A stretch of 64,000 nucleotides of DNA. Source: Candidatus Poribacteria bacterium (GTDB taxonomy: Bacteria > Poribacteria > WGA-4E > PCPOR2b). The stretch is from NCBI GenBank assembly GCA_965198175.1, contig OZ240245.1, positions 4,480,001 to 4,544,000 on the forward strand, written 5' to 3'. A program made the translations under genes and the position numbers. Positions 10,153-21,000 of this stretch are shown here, piece by piece (the first letter of the stretch is position 1; every line of letters begins with the position of its first letter). A model generated the notes under the pieces. It was not told where the DNA came from. It did no database searches and saw nothing but the letters and a program-made list of their open reading frames with translations.

Positions 10153-13100
10153 ATGTATTCAACCGACGAAAACTTAGTGTCCCAAACACTCGCAGGCGAT
10201 CGAGACGCCTTCGGTGTGCTCGTGCACAAGTATCAGGACCTGGTCTACACTTACGCCTTTCAGAAAGTGAGAAGCGAAGCCGATTCGCAGGACATTACGC
10301 AGGAGGTCTTCTTACGGGCATATCGTCATCTCTATCAACTGCGGCATCCACATCGGTTCCGAAGTTGGCTCTATACAATCATGTCCAACGAGTGCAACCG
10401 CTGGCTGGCACGCGTAACGAAAAAACGTCAGCGCGAAATTGCGCTGGAGGACGCCGCGGACGAAGCCCTACGAGTTGAACCCGCGCACACTATCCCCACT
10501 GAAGGCTGGGAGGTAGACCTTGAGCAGGCAATCTCCGCACTCTCCGATGATAATCGGGTAGCGGTGTCAATGTTCTATATGGGCGACTATTCGCTGAAGG
10601 AAATCTCAGAATTTCTCGGCGTCTCTGCGAACACCGTAAAGGGTAAGTTGTATCGCGCACGTCAGCAACTCGGCAGTTCGTTGTCTGAACACTACGGCAG
10701 ATTCCTGAACAGCCACAAACTCAAAGGAGGTTTTCTCATGCAGTTAATGGAGCAGATCCGCTATATTCCATCTCCAACTGTAGGGTTCACGTGGAGTAGT
10801 GCAACGGTTAGCAAAACTCTATTTTCGCTAATTACGGCATTGTGTGTCTTGATTGGACTGATTGGGGGGCGAGATCACACATCAACAGAGTCGTCAGGAA
10901 ACCAGATTTGGTCGTCGCGGTCAGATACTAGCCGAAGGCCAATTGAGGTGGGGCTTTATACGCCAGATCACTACGCAACGCACTCCTCGGTTTCAGGAAT
11001 TCCAGCCCATTCGGGAAAGCACCCGCTGGCTGCCGCCAATCGCGCCCCCATGAAGCAAAGCCGCCAGTCATTTGAAGGGAGGTCAGTTTCGGGGAACCTC
11101 GGTGCAAAGAATACTGTGCCGCAACTCCGTGCAGTTACAGCGAAGGGTGAGAACGAGAAACTAATTTTCTCCGGTCGGGTTGTTGACAGTAATGGTGCGC
11201 CGGTAGCGGATGCCAAACTCTTATTTTCCGCAACTTACAATTCGTCCGAATCTGTCACCCGTACGGCAGCGGATGGCACGTTCCACTTTGAATTCCTGCG
11301 CCCTAATGTCAAGGAGCGGGATTGGGTAAACATTGTCGCCACGCACGCCAATCATGCCATCGGCTGGCGGAAGCTCCCGCTTCAAAGCAAGAAGGGTGTC
11401 GAAATTCAACTCGGCACACCGGGGGTCATTTCTGGAAGAGTTCTGAATGCAGCGGGCGATCCGATTCAGGGTGCGGTGGCACGGATTCAATACCTGTTCA
11501 GCGGTTACCCAGCGTCGGGCATGCCGGAAGGAGATTTGGGTATGGCTACTATGCCCATCCGCCCTGCCAAGACCGATGCGAACGGCGTGTATGTTCTCCG
11601 CGGGCTGCCGCAAGGCGCGACGACGAACCTACAGATTCTAGGTCCGGGGTACGCTAAGGAGAGGCAATTTCGTGTGCCTGTCGGCGCGAAGGGACTGGAG
11701 GTCAGACTGAAGCCGGAGGCTAGGATTGATGGACGCCTTAGCTACGCCGAGACAGGTGCGCCGGTCAAAACCGCAACCGTTCGTCTCCGGGGTGTCTATC
11801 CGACTACTGCAGGCGCGCATGCAAACGTGGACGCAAATGGGAATTATCTCTTAAAGAACATCCCACCCGGTACGTACAACCTCTATCTTCGTGAGGGACC
11901 TGAGGGGTGGACAGCAGTTGCCAAAGAACGCATTAAGATTGTTGAGGGGCAAACCGTCTCTGGTGTAGACCTAATCTTGGTACAAGGTGGGTTTATCACT
12001 GGGCGGGTAACCGACCAGGACACGAACGAGCCGATTGCCAACCACCATATCAGCTTTAGCGACGCCGCTCGACCACGATCCCAAGCATTGGGCCACGGAA
12101 CAGAAACGGACGAAACAGGTACTTATCGCTTCCGCGCCGCACCCGGTCCGGCAATGGTCTACATCAGTGCCCCGGAGGGTTATCAGGACATAGGGCAGAT
12201 TAAGAAATATGTGGATGTTGTTGAAGCCGAAACTGTCACGGTTGAATTTCAATTCTCGAAAGGAATAGACTTAATTGTTCGAGTTTTTATGGCAACGGGA
12301 GAACCGGTCAGTGGTGCGAGGATTTCCGACATTTCCGACAAGCGGGAGTGGGATAAGGAGTACGGAAAATCGAGCGAAAAGGGCGAGTTTACCGTTCGCG
12401 GGCTGCTGCCCGGACAGAAGTTAACTCTTAAAGCGGAACACAGTGAATTGGGATTGCGCGGAACGGCGGAAGTCGAAGTCCAACCGGGAGCGTCAGTAGA
12501 GATTCGGATGGAACGTTACGAACGGGTCGTGGTCTCCGGGAGGGTGGTCAACCGCTTGGGCGAACCCATTACAACGGTAAACATTGAATTGATGCGCTGG
12601 TACCGTCATATACACATGGGGCGGAGTTCCACTGTCGCCGTGACGGACGGCGATGGTCGGTTCCGGGAGATCGGGCTCATAATCGGCGATGAGTACGGCA
12701 TCCGGGCAAATGCAAAAGGGTATCTGGGCGCGGAAACTGGAATCTTCACCGCCGCAGCGGAGATGACCCAAATTCCAGATCTTATTCTGTCACCAGCTAC
12801 CACCGAAAGGTATTTCATTGAGGGGCGCGTTACCGACACCTCTGGTGAGCTAGTTCACGGTGCGAGGCTGGTTACAAGTCTGGAGTCGCAACACTCGGAA
12901 ACACAAACCGATGAGAACGGGGATTATCGGCTTGAAGATCTTTCGACAGTTGTCATTCTCGAGTTGGCAATTTCCCATTCAGAGTACGCGTACCATGAAT
13001 TTAAGAATTTGAAAACCAACCAGCGGCACGACCTAGTGCTGGTCAAGGCAGACGGATACCTCGCCGGTAAGATCGTGGACGCCGCCGGCAAACCGATTGA

Positions 13101-13833
13101 GAGGGCGTTCGTGATGGTTGAAGCCGAACAAAATTCCTCCGGCTACATTTACGCCGGAGTTGACACCAACGTACTAGGCGAGTTTGAACTGAAGTACATC
13201 AAAGACCCGGTTGTGTCACTTTACGCCACCAATGGCACTGGCTACAAGATTTTTGAGGATATTGCGGTGAATCAGCGCGATCTGGTTTTGACCCTGCCCC
13301 CAACCGAACCGAGACCGGAGCCGACTCCCGAGCAGCGAGCACGCTGGAATGCGCACCAGTCATACATCGAGTCGGCTGAGGAACGGTTTAAAACCCTTGT
13401 TGGCAAACCTGCGCCGGAATTGGCGGTAGCAGAGTGGCTGTCCGGTTCACCCGCAGCCATCGGAGAATTGAAAGGAAAGACCATTGTTTTACATCCCTGG
13501 GATTTGAGTTACGTCGACAGTCATGTCCAATGGGTAGGGCTGTTAAACATCTTGCAGGAGGTGTATAGAGAAAAAGGGCTCGTCTGCCTCGCTATCTGTC
13601 CCGCCGCAGTAGAAGTTGAGAAGGTCAAGCGATACATCTCGGAGCAGTCGCTCTCCTACTCAGTCGGCCTAGACCGACCAACAGCGGTCGTCGGTGCAAA
13701 AGGTGAGACATCCGATCGATACGCTGCTATCGGGCGGTATCCGTTCATCTTGATTAACTCGGCGGGAGAAATCGCCGGGCGCAGTTGGGAGCATGACCTC
13801 GAAGCTCAAATTCAAACGCTGCTTGCGGATTGA
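10153..13833 (+). CDS. ECF sigma factor fused to TM helix, carboxypeptidase-regulatory-like repeats and a thioredoxin-like domain
   Basis: DSQDITQEVF (region 2), YSLKEISEFLGVS.NTVKGKLYRAR (region 4), LITALCVLIGL TM, repeated GRV.D..G.P...TD.NG units, GKPAPEL...GKTIVLH TlpA-like end. Start moved to ATG 10153 by alignment with paralogs. Confidence 0.85.
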   Translation: MYSTDENLVSQTLAGDRDAFGVLVHKYQDLVYTYAFQKVRSEADSQDITQEVFLRAYRHLYQLRHPHRFRSWLYTIMSNECNRWLARVTKKRQREIALEDAADEALRVEPAHTIPTEGWEVDLEQAISALSDDNRVAVSMFYMGDYSLKEISEFLGVSANTVKGKLYRARQQLGSSLSEHYGRFLNSHKLKGGFLMQLMEQIRYIPSPTVGFTWSSATVSKTLFSLITALCVLIGLIGGRDHTSTESSGNQIWSSRSDTSRRPIEVGLYTPDHYATHSSVSGIPAHSGKHPLAAANRAPMKQSRQSFEGRSVSGNLGAKNTVPQLRAVTAKGENEKLIFSGRVVDSNGAPVADAKLLFSATYNSSESVTRTAADGTFHFEFLRPNVKERDWVNIVATHANHAIGWRKLPLQSKKGVEIQLGTPGVISGRVLNAAGDPIQGAVARIQYLFSGYPASGMPEGDLGMATMPIRPAKTDANGVYVLRGLPQGATTNLQILGPGYAKERQFRVPVGAKGLEVRLKPEARIDGRLSYAETGAPVKTATVRLRGVYPTTAGAHANVDANGNYLLKNIPPGTYNLYLREGPEGWTAVAKERIKIVEGQTVSGVDLILVQGGFITGRVTDQDTNEPIANHHISFSDAARPRSQALGHGTETDETGTYRFRAAPGPAMVYISAPEGYQDIGQIKKYVDVVEAETVTVEFQFSKGIDLIVRVFMATGEPVSGARISDISDKREWDKEYGKSSEKGEFTVRGLLPGQKLTLKAEHSELGLRGTAEVEVQPGASVEIRMERYERVVVSGRVVNRLGEPITTVNIELMRWYRHIHMGRSSTVAVTDGDGRFREIGLIIGDEYGIRANAKGYLGAETGIFTAAAEMTQIPDLILSPATTERYFIEGRVTDTSGELVHGARLVTSLESQHSETQTDENGDYRLEDLSTVVILELAISHSEYAYHEFKNLKTNQRHDLVLVKADGYLAGKIVDAAGKPIERAFVMVEAEQNSSGYIYAGVDTNVLGEFELKYIKDPVVSLYATNGTGYKIFEDIAVNQRDLVLTLPPTEPRPEPTPEQRARWNAHQSYIESAEERFKTLVGKPAPELAVAEWLSGSPAAIGELKGKTIVLHPWDLSYVDSHVQWVGLLNILQEVYREKGLVCLAICPAAVEVEKVKRYISEQSLSYSVGLDRPTAVVGAKGETSDRYAAIGRYPFILINSAGEIAGRSWEHDLEAQIQTLLAD

Positions 13834-13849
13834 CCCCTCCTTCAATAAA

Positions 13850-13889
13850 CTCAACCATAACAGGGGACGAGTTTCCCGTTGTGGTTGAG
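13850..13889 (+). terminator. Stem-loop after ECF gene 1
   Basis: CTCAACCATAAC ... GTTGTGGTTGAG inverted repeat shortly after the stop; no clear U-tract. Confidence 0.4.
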
Positions 13890-14035
13890 GATAATCTTCC
13901 CATTGCATGAGTCCATCTGCCGCACTGAAGATTAGCACGGACTCTCTGTAACCATTCATTCCCTTCGTAATCATACATGATAGCCAAGGGTTTCAACTCT
14001 TTAGTTTCAGATGGAAGATAGAGCGCACCCGAATC

Positions 14036-14079
14036 TTTTTTTCTTTGCAGCATAACTTTTAATCCGCGCAGTGGGTCTA
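14036..14079 (+). promoter_or_regulatory. Putative ECF-type promoter, copy 2
   Basis: TTTTTTTCTTTGCAGCATAAC-N18-GTCTA (AAC 14054-56, GTCTA 14075-79). Confidence 0.7.
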
Positions 14080-14138
14080 ATTAGTAGTTTTGCGTAGGCT
14101 ATAGTGGTGTTGTTGGTTTGCGGTTGAGGTGAATCTCT

Positions 14139-16061
14139 ATGTATTCACCTGACGAAAAGTTAGTGTCCCAAACGCTCGCAGGGGATCGAGACGCTTTCGG
14201 TTTGCTCGTACACAAGTATCAAGACATGGTTTACACCTACGCTTTTCAGAAGGTGAGAAACGAAGCCGATTCGCAGGACATCACGCAGGAGGTTTTCCTA
14301 CGGGCATATCGACATCTCTGCAAACTGCGACACCCACATCGGTTCCGAAGTTGGCTGTATACAATCATGTCCAACGAGTGCAACCGATGGCTGGCACGGG
14401 TAACCGAAACGCGTCAGCACGAAATTGCGTTGGACGACGCTACGGACGATGCGCTACAGATTGAACCCGCGCACGCTGCCTCAACGGAAGGTTGGCAGGT
14501 GGACTTAGAGAGGGCAATCTCTGCGCTCCCCGATGATAATCGGGTAGCGGTGTCGATGTTCTATATGGGTGACTGTTCGCTGAAGGAAATCTCAGAATTT
14601 CTCGGTGTCTCTGTCAACACCGTCAGGGGGAAATTGCATCGTGCGCGGCAGCAGCTCGGTAGCGCGTTGTCTGAGCACTACGGCAGATACTTGAAGAGTC
14701 ACAAACTCAAAGGAGGGTTTCTCATGCAACTAATGGAGCAGGTACGCCACATCCCGTCTCCAACCATGACTTTTGCTTGGAGTAGTGCAACCGTCAGCAA
14801 AACTCTTTTTTCGCTGATTACGGCACTGTGTGTTTTGGTTGGGCTTATTGGAGCACGTGATAATTCACCGAAAGCGTCCACAGGAAACCAATTTGAGCTG
14901 TCGCCGTCAGGCACGAACCGTCCGATTCCGGTCGTGTTTTTTGCCTCGCCTCCTTTCTCCACACGCTCGTCAATTACGGGCATTCCTGCCCCGTCGGCAA
15001 AGCATCCATTGGCGGCCTCCAACCGCGCCGCAATGGAGCAGAGTCCCGAGTCAATTGGCAGAGAACGTACTATCAGGACCGGAAGCGCCAAATCCTCAAA
15101 TGCGCAATTCTCCGTCGCCGCATCGGAGAGCGGCTCCAACAAGCTTGCCTTTTCAGGCCGCGTGGTTGACACAGACGGTAATCCAATCGCGGGGTTCCCC
15201 ATAGCTGTTGGGCCACTGAAGTCAATTGATGGCAAAATTAAGCCAATATTCAGTTTTGATTGGCTATTTATGCGTGCACTAACCTCGACGCTCAAATCGG
15301 ACACAGATGATGAGGGACGGTTTTCGATTTCTGGCATCAAACCCGGGCCTCTCCAGTTCATGGCACAACCTAATCCTGTAACTAGCGATGACATGCCTCC
15401 GCATAGCTACAACCAAGACAATTTTGTAGACGCGGAGGTTCTGTCCATTGATATCGGTGTAATGACTTTCTATCCGAGCATCCAGCAACAACTTCCTCAC
15501 GGAGGGATTACATTTACCATTGAGCCGGGGACACACGTTGAAAATATTGAAATTGTAGTGAGACCCCGGATGCGCATTCGGGGTCAGGTTGTATTCACGG
15601 ACGGCACACCGCTTGCCAAGGCGAAAGTTCTGATTAGCGTGCGATGGCGTGAATTTGATGGGGAAGGCATGGGCAGTGGAGGAGGATTGCCCCGCACGGA
15701 CGATGCAGGATACTTTGTGCACTATGTGGATGAGCCTGGGTTTTACTCGGTTGCTGTTGAATTTCAAGGACTGTCGGCAACCTCGGAGCAGTTTGCTGTC
15801 GAAGCCGGTCAACGGCACGATCGCTTGGTCATAACGCTTGACAGCCAGCCAATTCCCTTCGAGCCAACTACATACACGAACTGGGCGCCCAATGAACCGA
15901 CTGGGTCGGCACCTGGTGAAGAAGATTATGTCTTCATGGGTCTCAGTCCGGATGGGCAATGGTTTAGCGTTGGGCCCGAAAGCCCAAATTGGCGAATGAC
16001 CAGAATGGCTATCATCGAAAGGCAAAACTTAGCCTCGTCACCACCCATTGAGGATGACTAA
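14139..16061 (+). CDS. ECF sigma factor fused to TM, two carboxypeptidase-regulatory-like domains and the C-terminal half of a C-type lectin domain
   Basis: First ~240 aa closely match the paralog at 10153; ends YTNWAPNEP...EEDYVFM...GQWFSV. Confidence 0.85.
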   Translation: MYSPDEKLVSQTLAGDRDAFGLLVHKYQDMVYTYAFQKVRNEADSQDITQEVFLRAYRHLCKLRHPHRFRSWLYTIMSNECNRWLARVTETRQHEIALDDATDDALQIEPAHAASTEGWQVDLERAISALPDDNRVAVSMFYMGDCSLKEISEFLGVSVNTVRGKLHRARQQLGSALSEHYGRYLKSHKLKGGFLMQLMEQVRHIPSPTMTFAWSSATVSKTLFSLITALCVLVGLIGARDNSPKASTGNQFELSPSGTNRPIPVVFFASPPFSTRSSITGIPAPSAKHPLAASNRAAMEQSPESIGRERTIRTGSAKSSNAQFSVAASESGSNKLAFSGRVVDTDGNPIAGFPIAVGPLKSIDGKIKPIFSFDWLFMRALTSTLKSDTDDEGRFSISGIKPGPLQFMAQPNPVTSDDMPPHSYNQDNFVDAEVLSIDIGVMTFYPSIQQQLPHGGITFTIEPGTHVENIEIVVRPRMRIRGQVVFTDGTPLAKAKVLISVRWREFDGEGMGSGGGLPRTDDAGYFVHYVDEPGFYSVAVEFQGLSATSEQFAVEAGQRHDRLVITLDSQPIPFEPTTYTNWAPNEPTGSAPGEEDYVFMGLSPDGQWFSVGPESPNWRMTRMAIIERQNLASSPPIEDD

Positions 16062-16195
16062 CCCAAGATTTACACAATTCGGTGAAAAATTACCGTATGA
16101 TAAATGAACCGACAAATTACCGAGTTGTCGCAACTCTACTGCGTATAAATCCAAATACACGTTCGCGAACGACCATCCAAAGGGAGGTATTTGCC

Positions 16196-17434
16196 ATGAA
16201 CTGGTCACATTTCAAGTTTTTATTCACTTCGTTTAGGCGAGAGAACCTGCGGCTACTTGTGGGCATTGCGGCGTTTTCATTTGTCGCCACGATGCAGGGC
16301 ATCGCTCTGGAAGGTACTTCTACACTGTCCGGCCGCGTTGTTGATTTAGAAGGTAACCCGGTTGCAGGATTTGGGCTGTCCCTTTTACCGTTTTCACTTG
16401 AATCAGTCGAAGGGACCATCACACTCTTAGAATCGCGCTCTGACGAAATGGGGCGTTTCTCTATGCACAACATCCCGCCGGTAAAGGTCCGATTAACACC
16501 GGTCTCCAAGTTTTATCATGCGTCGGGGACCAGCGGCGGAATCATATCCGTGAAGGTTGCGGCATTGACCGTGTACCGGCAAGAGTATTCGCCTTATCAG
16601 GGAATCGCGTTTGCTATTAAGCCGGACGTGCACGTTGAGAATGTTGAAGTCAGAGTGATATTGCGGAATTACATTCGGGGACGAATTTTGTTTCTCGACG
16701 GGACCCCGCTTTCCAGTGCGAGGATTAATATCAGCGTAAACCATCGTACTCCCGATGGGACGGGTAGTGGTAACTCAAGTTCCTCGAATGAGACAGACAC
16801 TGACAGCTACTTTAAATACTACGTAGATGAACCGGCAATCTACACAATGACGGTAAACTATCACGGGCTTTCGGCGACAGCAGATCCCTTCCTACTAAGA
16901 AAAGGAGAGAACAAAGAAGATTTGGTTTTCACGTTTGACAGTCTTCCGAGTTTGCCGGATGTTCCCACTGGTCGAGTCAAAGCTGCTGCGGAAGTGTCAA
17001 CGTCACCACGGGGCGACGGGGCAGCGTGGATAGTGAATCCGGCAAATGGGCACGCGTACAAGCGAATTCGTTGCGAAAGTTGGGATGAGGCCAACACTCA
17101 AGCCGCTGGCGAAGATGCGTATCTCGTTGCAATTAACGATGCAGCAGAGCAGAACTGGATTTCAAAAACCTTTGGGCCGCATCGGTGCTGGATTGGACTG
17201 ACCGATTATGTGAACGAGGGGAAATGGGTTTGGGCAAACGGTGAGCCCTTGACGTTCACAAACTGGGCGCCACATGAACCGCACGATAAAGACAGGGGCG
17301 ACGAAGATTTTGTTTCGATGGGATTTTCGGGGAAATGGTTCGACGTGGGTCCCGCAAGCATAGAATGGCGCCTGCCGCACATAGCTATCATCGAAAAGGA
17401 CAGCACTACCGGGAAGACGACACGGACAAAGTAA
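16196..17434 (+). CDS. Exported protein: carboxypeptidase-regulatory-like domains + C-type lectin domain
   Basis: AGGGAGG SD before ATG 16196; signal-like N-terminus; NGHAYK, SWDEA, LVAIND, WIGLTD, FTNWAPHEP lectin motifs; homologous to the C-terminal part of the upstream fusion. Confidence 0.8.
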   Translation: MNWSHFKFLFTSFRRENLRLLVGIAAFSFVATMQGIALEGTSTLSGRVVDLEGNPVAGFGLSLLPFSLESVEGTITLLESRSDEMGRFSMHNIPPVKVRLTPVSKFYHASGTSGGIISVKVAALTVYRQEYSPYQGIAFAIKPDVHVENVEVRVILRNYIRGRILFLDGTPLSSARINISVNHRTPDGTGSGNSSSSNETDTDSYFKYYVDEPAIYTMTVNYHGLSATADPFLLRKGENKEDLVFTFDSLPSLPDVPTGRVKAAAEVSTSPRGDGAAWIVNPANGHAYKRIRCESWDEANTQAAGEDAYLVAINDAAEQNWISKTFGPHRCWIGLTDYVNEGKWVWANGEPLTFTNWAPHEPHDKDRGDEDFVSMGFSGKWFDVGPASIEWRLPHIAIIEKDSTTGKTTRTK

Positions 17435-17595
17435 ATCGTCAATCAAACCCAAATTCTAATCCGCTTCGCTAATTTATCAAACCCGCAGCGGTGTAGGTTG
17501 GGGCCAATGGGAATTACTAGCAATGACGTTAGAGGCTCTGCACTTTGCTTAACTTGGCTTATTCGCGGCCTGAATTTACGTAAACGCCTCACTGG

Positions 17596-17891
17596 TTAAA
17601 ATCCCGCCTTATTTTCCCATATTGTCAAAGTCAAAACCTTCCCACGTCAAGATGAGCCATTGGATAATCTTTCCAATGGCAGTCTGCCTTGCCCGAAACA
17701 CGCAATTCCAGTGCGATTAATCTGAACGCCGGGCAAGTCATCGTCATGCGTGAAAATGACCTGTCCCTCAGTTTGCGCAAATGTGATTGTCCTCATCGTC
17801 CGACTCAATTAGTCCGACCTCTGCCCCCGAATCGTTTTGCGATTGCCGGATTCATACTCTCATTGAGGTAAAATTTAATTGTTTGAGGCAT
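17596..17891 (-). pseudogene. Decayed DUF5615-type PIN-like gene
   Basis: Fragments in different frames: MPQTIKFYLNESMNPAIAK..., SDDE, FAQTEGQVIFTHDDDL, GIA; stops and frameshifts. Confidence 0.6.
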
Positions 17892-17960
17892 CTTTTTGAT
17901 TCAATCCCTTGAACTCTATAACTATTTATTGGTCTGATTGAAAGCGATCGCCGCTGACTC

Positions 17961-18003
17961 TTTTTTCTTCGCTATGCAACTTCTGATTCACTCGATGTGT
18001 CTA
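17961..18003 (+). promoter_or_regulatory. Putative ECF-type promoter, copy 3
   Basis: TTTTTTCTTC...TGCAAC-N18-GTCTA (AAC 17978-80, GTCTA 17999-18003). Confidence 0.65.
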
Positions 18004-18053
18004 TGTAATACAAATAGGGCTTCCATACTTCTTTTTAGGATTGCGTGTTTATT

Positions 18054-21000
18054 ATGTATACAGCCGATGAAAAGTTAGTGTCTCAAACGCTCGCAGGGGA
18101 TCGAGACGCCTTCGGTGTGCTCGTACACAAGTATCAGGACATGGTCTACACCTACGCCTTTCAGAAGGTGCGGAACGAAACCGATTCGCAGGACATCACG
18201 CAAGAGGTTTTTTTAAAGGCATTTCGCCATCTCCAAAAACTGCGGCATCCACATCTCTTCCGGAGCTGGTTGTATACAATTATGTCAAACGAGTGCAAAC
18301 GATGGCTGGAGCGCGTTACGAAAAAACGTCGGCGCGAGATTGCGCTGGAGCACGCTGTGGACGACTCGCTACAGATTCAACCTGAACACACGGTTCCCAC
18401 AAAGGGCTGGGAGGTAGATCTTGAGCAGGCAATCTCCGCGCTCCCTGACGAAAGTCGAATCGTCGTGTCAATGTTCTACATGGGTGATTGTTCGCTGAAG
18501 GAGATTTCAGAATTTCTCGGTGTTTCCGTTAATACTGTCAAGAGCAAGTTGCATCGTGCGCGGCAGCAACTCGGTATTTCACTGTCTGAACACTACGGCA
18601 AATTCGTAAAGAGCCAAAATCTCAAAGGAGGGTTTCTCATGCAGCTAATGGAGCAGATTCGCCACATCCCATCTCCAACCATGGGGTTTGCGTGGAGTAG
18701 CACGACAGTAAGCAAAACGCTATTTACGCTGATTACGGCATTGTGTGTATTGATTGGACTAATTGGTGGGCGAAGCGATTCACCGAATGTGCCCACAAGA
18801 AACCAGATCGGGTTGTCGCAATCGGACACCAGCCGATGGCCGATTGCGGTGACGCTTCATACACCAGATCGCTACGCAACGCGCCCTACGGTTTCAGGAA
18901 TTCCAACCCCGTCGGGAATGCATCTGCTGGCAGTCTCCGACCGCGCCCGCACGGTACAAAGCCGCCAGTCAATTGACGGAAGGTCAATTTCGGCGAACCG
19001 CGGTGCAAAAAACGCCAAGCCGCAACTCCCCGCAGTTGCAGCGAGGGACGATGGTGAGAAACTAATCTACTCCGGTCGGGTCGTCGACAGCGACGGTGCA
19101 CCGGTAGGGGATGCCGAACTTCGATATGCCGTAAGTTTCTATCCACTTGAAGGAGATGCCGGATCCGGACACTCCTCCTATTATGGTCCCTTTTTTTCCA
19201 CTCGTACGGGAGCGGACGGGACATTTCGCTTTGAACTTTCGCCTTCAGGACTCAAATGGATGCCCTTTGATTCTAAGGACATGTTGAGCCGTCTGAATAT
19301 TGCTGTCACGCATCCCAATCACGCAATTTGGTGGCAAGAGTTTCCGTTCCAAAGTACAGCGGATATTGGGATTCAACTTGAAATGCCGGAGATTATCTCT
19401 GGCAAAGTAATGAACGAAGCAGGCGAGCCAATTCAGAACGCGGAGGTACTGATGAACTCCTTGTCCAGTGGTGATCCGATGCTAAGGGAGCCCGGAGATG
19501 ATTTAGATCATTATGCTTTGCCTCAACCCGTCAAGACAGATGCGAATGGGGAATTTGTGCTTCCTGGATTGCCGCAGGGCGCGACAATAAGTCTTGATGT
19601 CCGGGGGCCAGGATACGCGAAGGAGATGCGCCACAGCGTGCCGGTGAGCGCAAAGAAGCTTGAATTCCGGCTGAAGCGTGAGGGCAGGATTGAGGGGCGC
19701 CTCACCTATGCGGGCAGCGGCAAGCCGGTCAGAAGCGCAATGGTCTCGATACAGGGCATCCATCCGACCGATGGGTGGGGACAAGCTCATGTTAATTGGT
19801 TCTGGGGTAAATATCGACTGAAAAATGTCGCCCCCGGCACACACAGCCTTTATCTTTATAACCTGCCAAAAGGGTGGACAGCCCTTCCCAAGGAGTTCAT
19901 TAAAGTCGCAGAAGGGGAGACCGTTTCTAATGTAGATTTTGCCCTGATTCGGAGCGGATTCATCACTGGGCGAGTGACCGATCAGGACACAAACGAACCG
20001 ATCGCCCACCACCCTATCAGATTAAACGATGCGGCCTTTCCGGAGGGATTTCAATTGGGGGTTCACCATACCAGCACGGATGAAACTGGCGCATACCATT
20101 TTGACGCCGCGCCCGGTCAGGCGGTCGTGCACACTAATACACCGACCGGCTATCAAGATATAGGCTGGACCGAGAGATTGGACATCGGACAGGTTCAGAG
20201 ACGTGTGGATGTCGCTGAAGGCGAAACCGTGTCCGTTGATTTCCAGTTTTCGAAAGGGATAAAGTTGACCGGCCGGCTCGTGGACGAAACTGGTAAACCG
20301 GTCGCCGGTGCGAGAATTACAAACGTGAAGAGGCGGCTTAAAGACTATGGCACATCAGATGAAATGGGAATGTTCACCGTTGGTGGATTACGGATTGGAA
20401 GGAAAATTGCCCTCAAAGCAGTACATAGTGCATTGGGATTGCGCGGAACGGTAGAGATTGAAGTCCAGCCGGAAATGCCGGTTGAAATTCGGATGAAACG
20501 ATACCAGCGGATCGCGGTCTCCGGACGCGTAGTTGACCGTGAAGGTAAGGCGATGCGGTTGGCGAACATCCATCTGATACACTGGGACCATCAACGAGGC
20601 ATAGGATCTGACACAATTGTCGCCGTGACAGATAACGATGGACGGTTCCAGGATATTGCACTCATCGTTGGTGATGAGTACGAAATCGATGTGAAACTAA
20701 ATGGGTATCGAAATGCGGAAACCGAGCAGTTTACTGCGACAGCGGCGATGAACCCAATTGCGAATCTCGTCCTGTTGCCAGCCGGCGGTCAGTTTTTTAT
20801 TGAAGGGCGTGTCACCGATAACTCTGGCGAGCCAGTTCGGGGCGTACAGTTGAGCATAAGTCAGGCGGGGCAACACTGGTCAATACGCACCGATGAGAAT
20901 GGCGATTATCGATTTGAAGACCTTTCTATGGCGGTTGTCTCCACACTGTATATTCACCATCCGGGGCACGCGAACCATGAATTTAAAATCTTGAGAACCA

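Noticed and set aside
17656..17680. GCCATTGGA...TCCAATGGC hairpin as a terminator
   Set aside because: Lies inside the PIN-like relic, far from a stop codon, with no U-tract.
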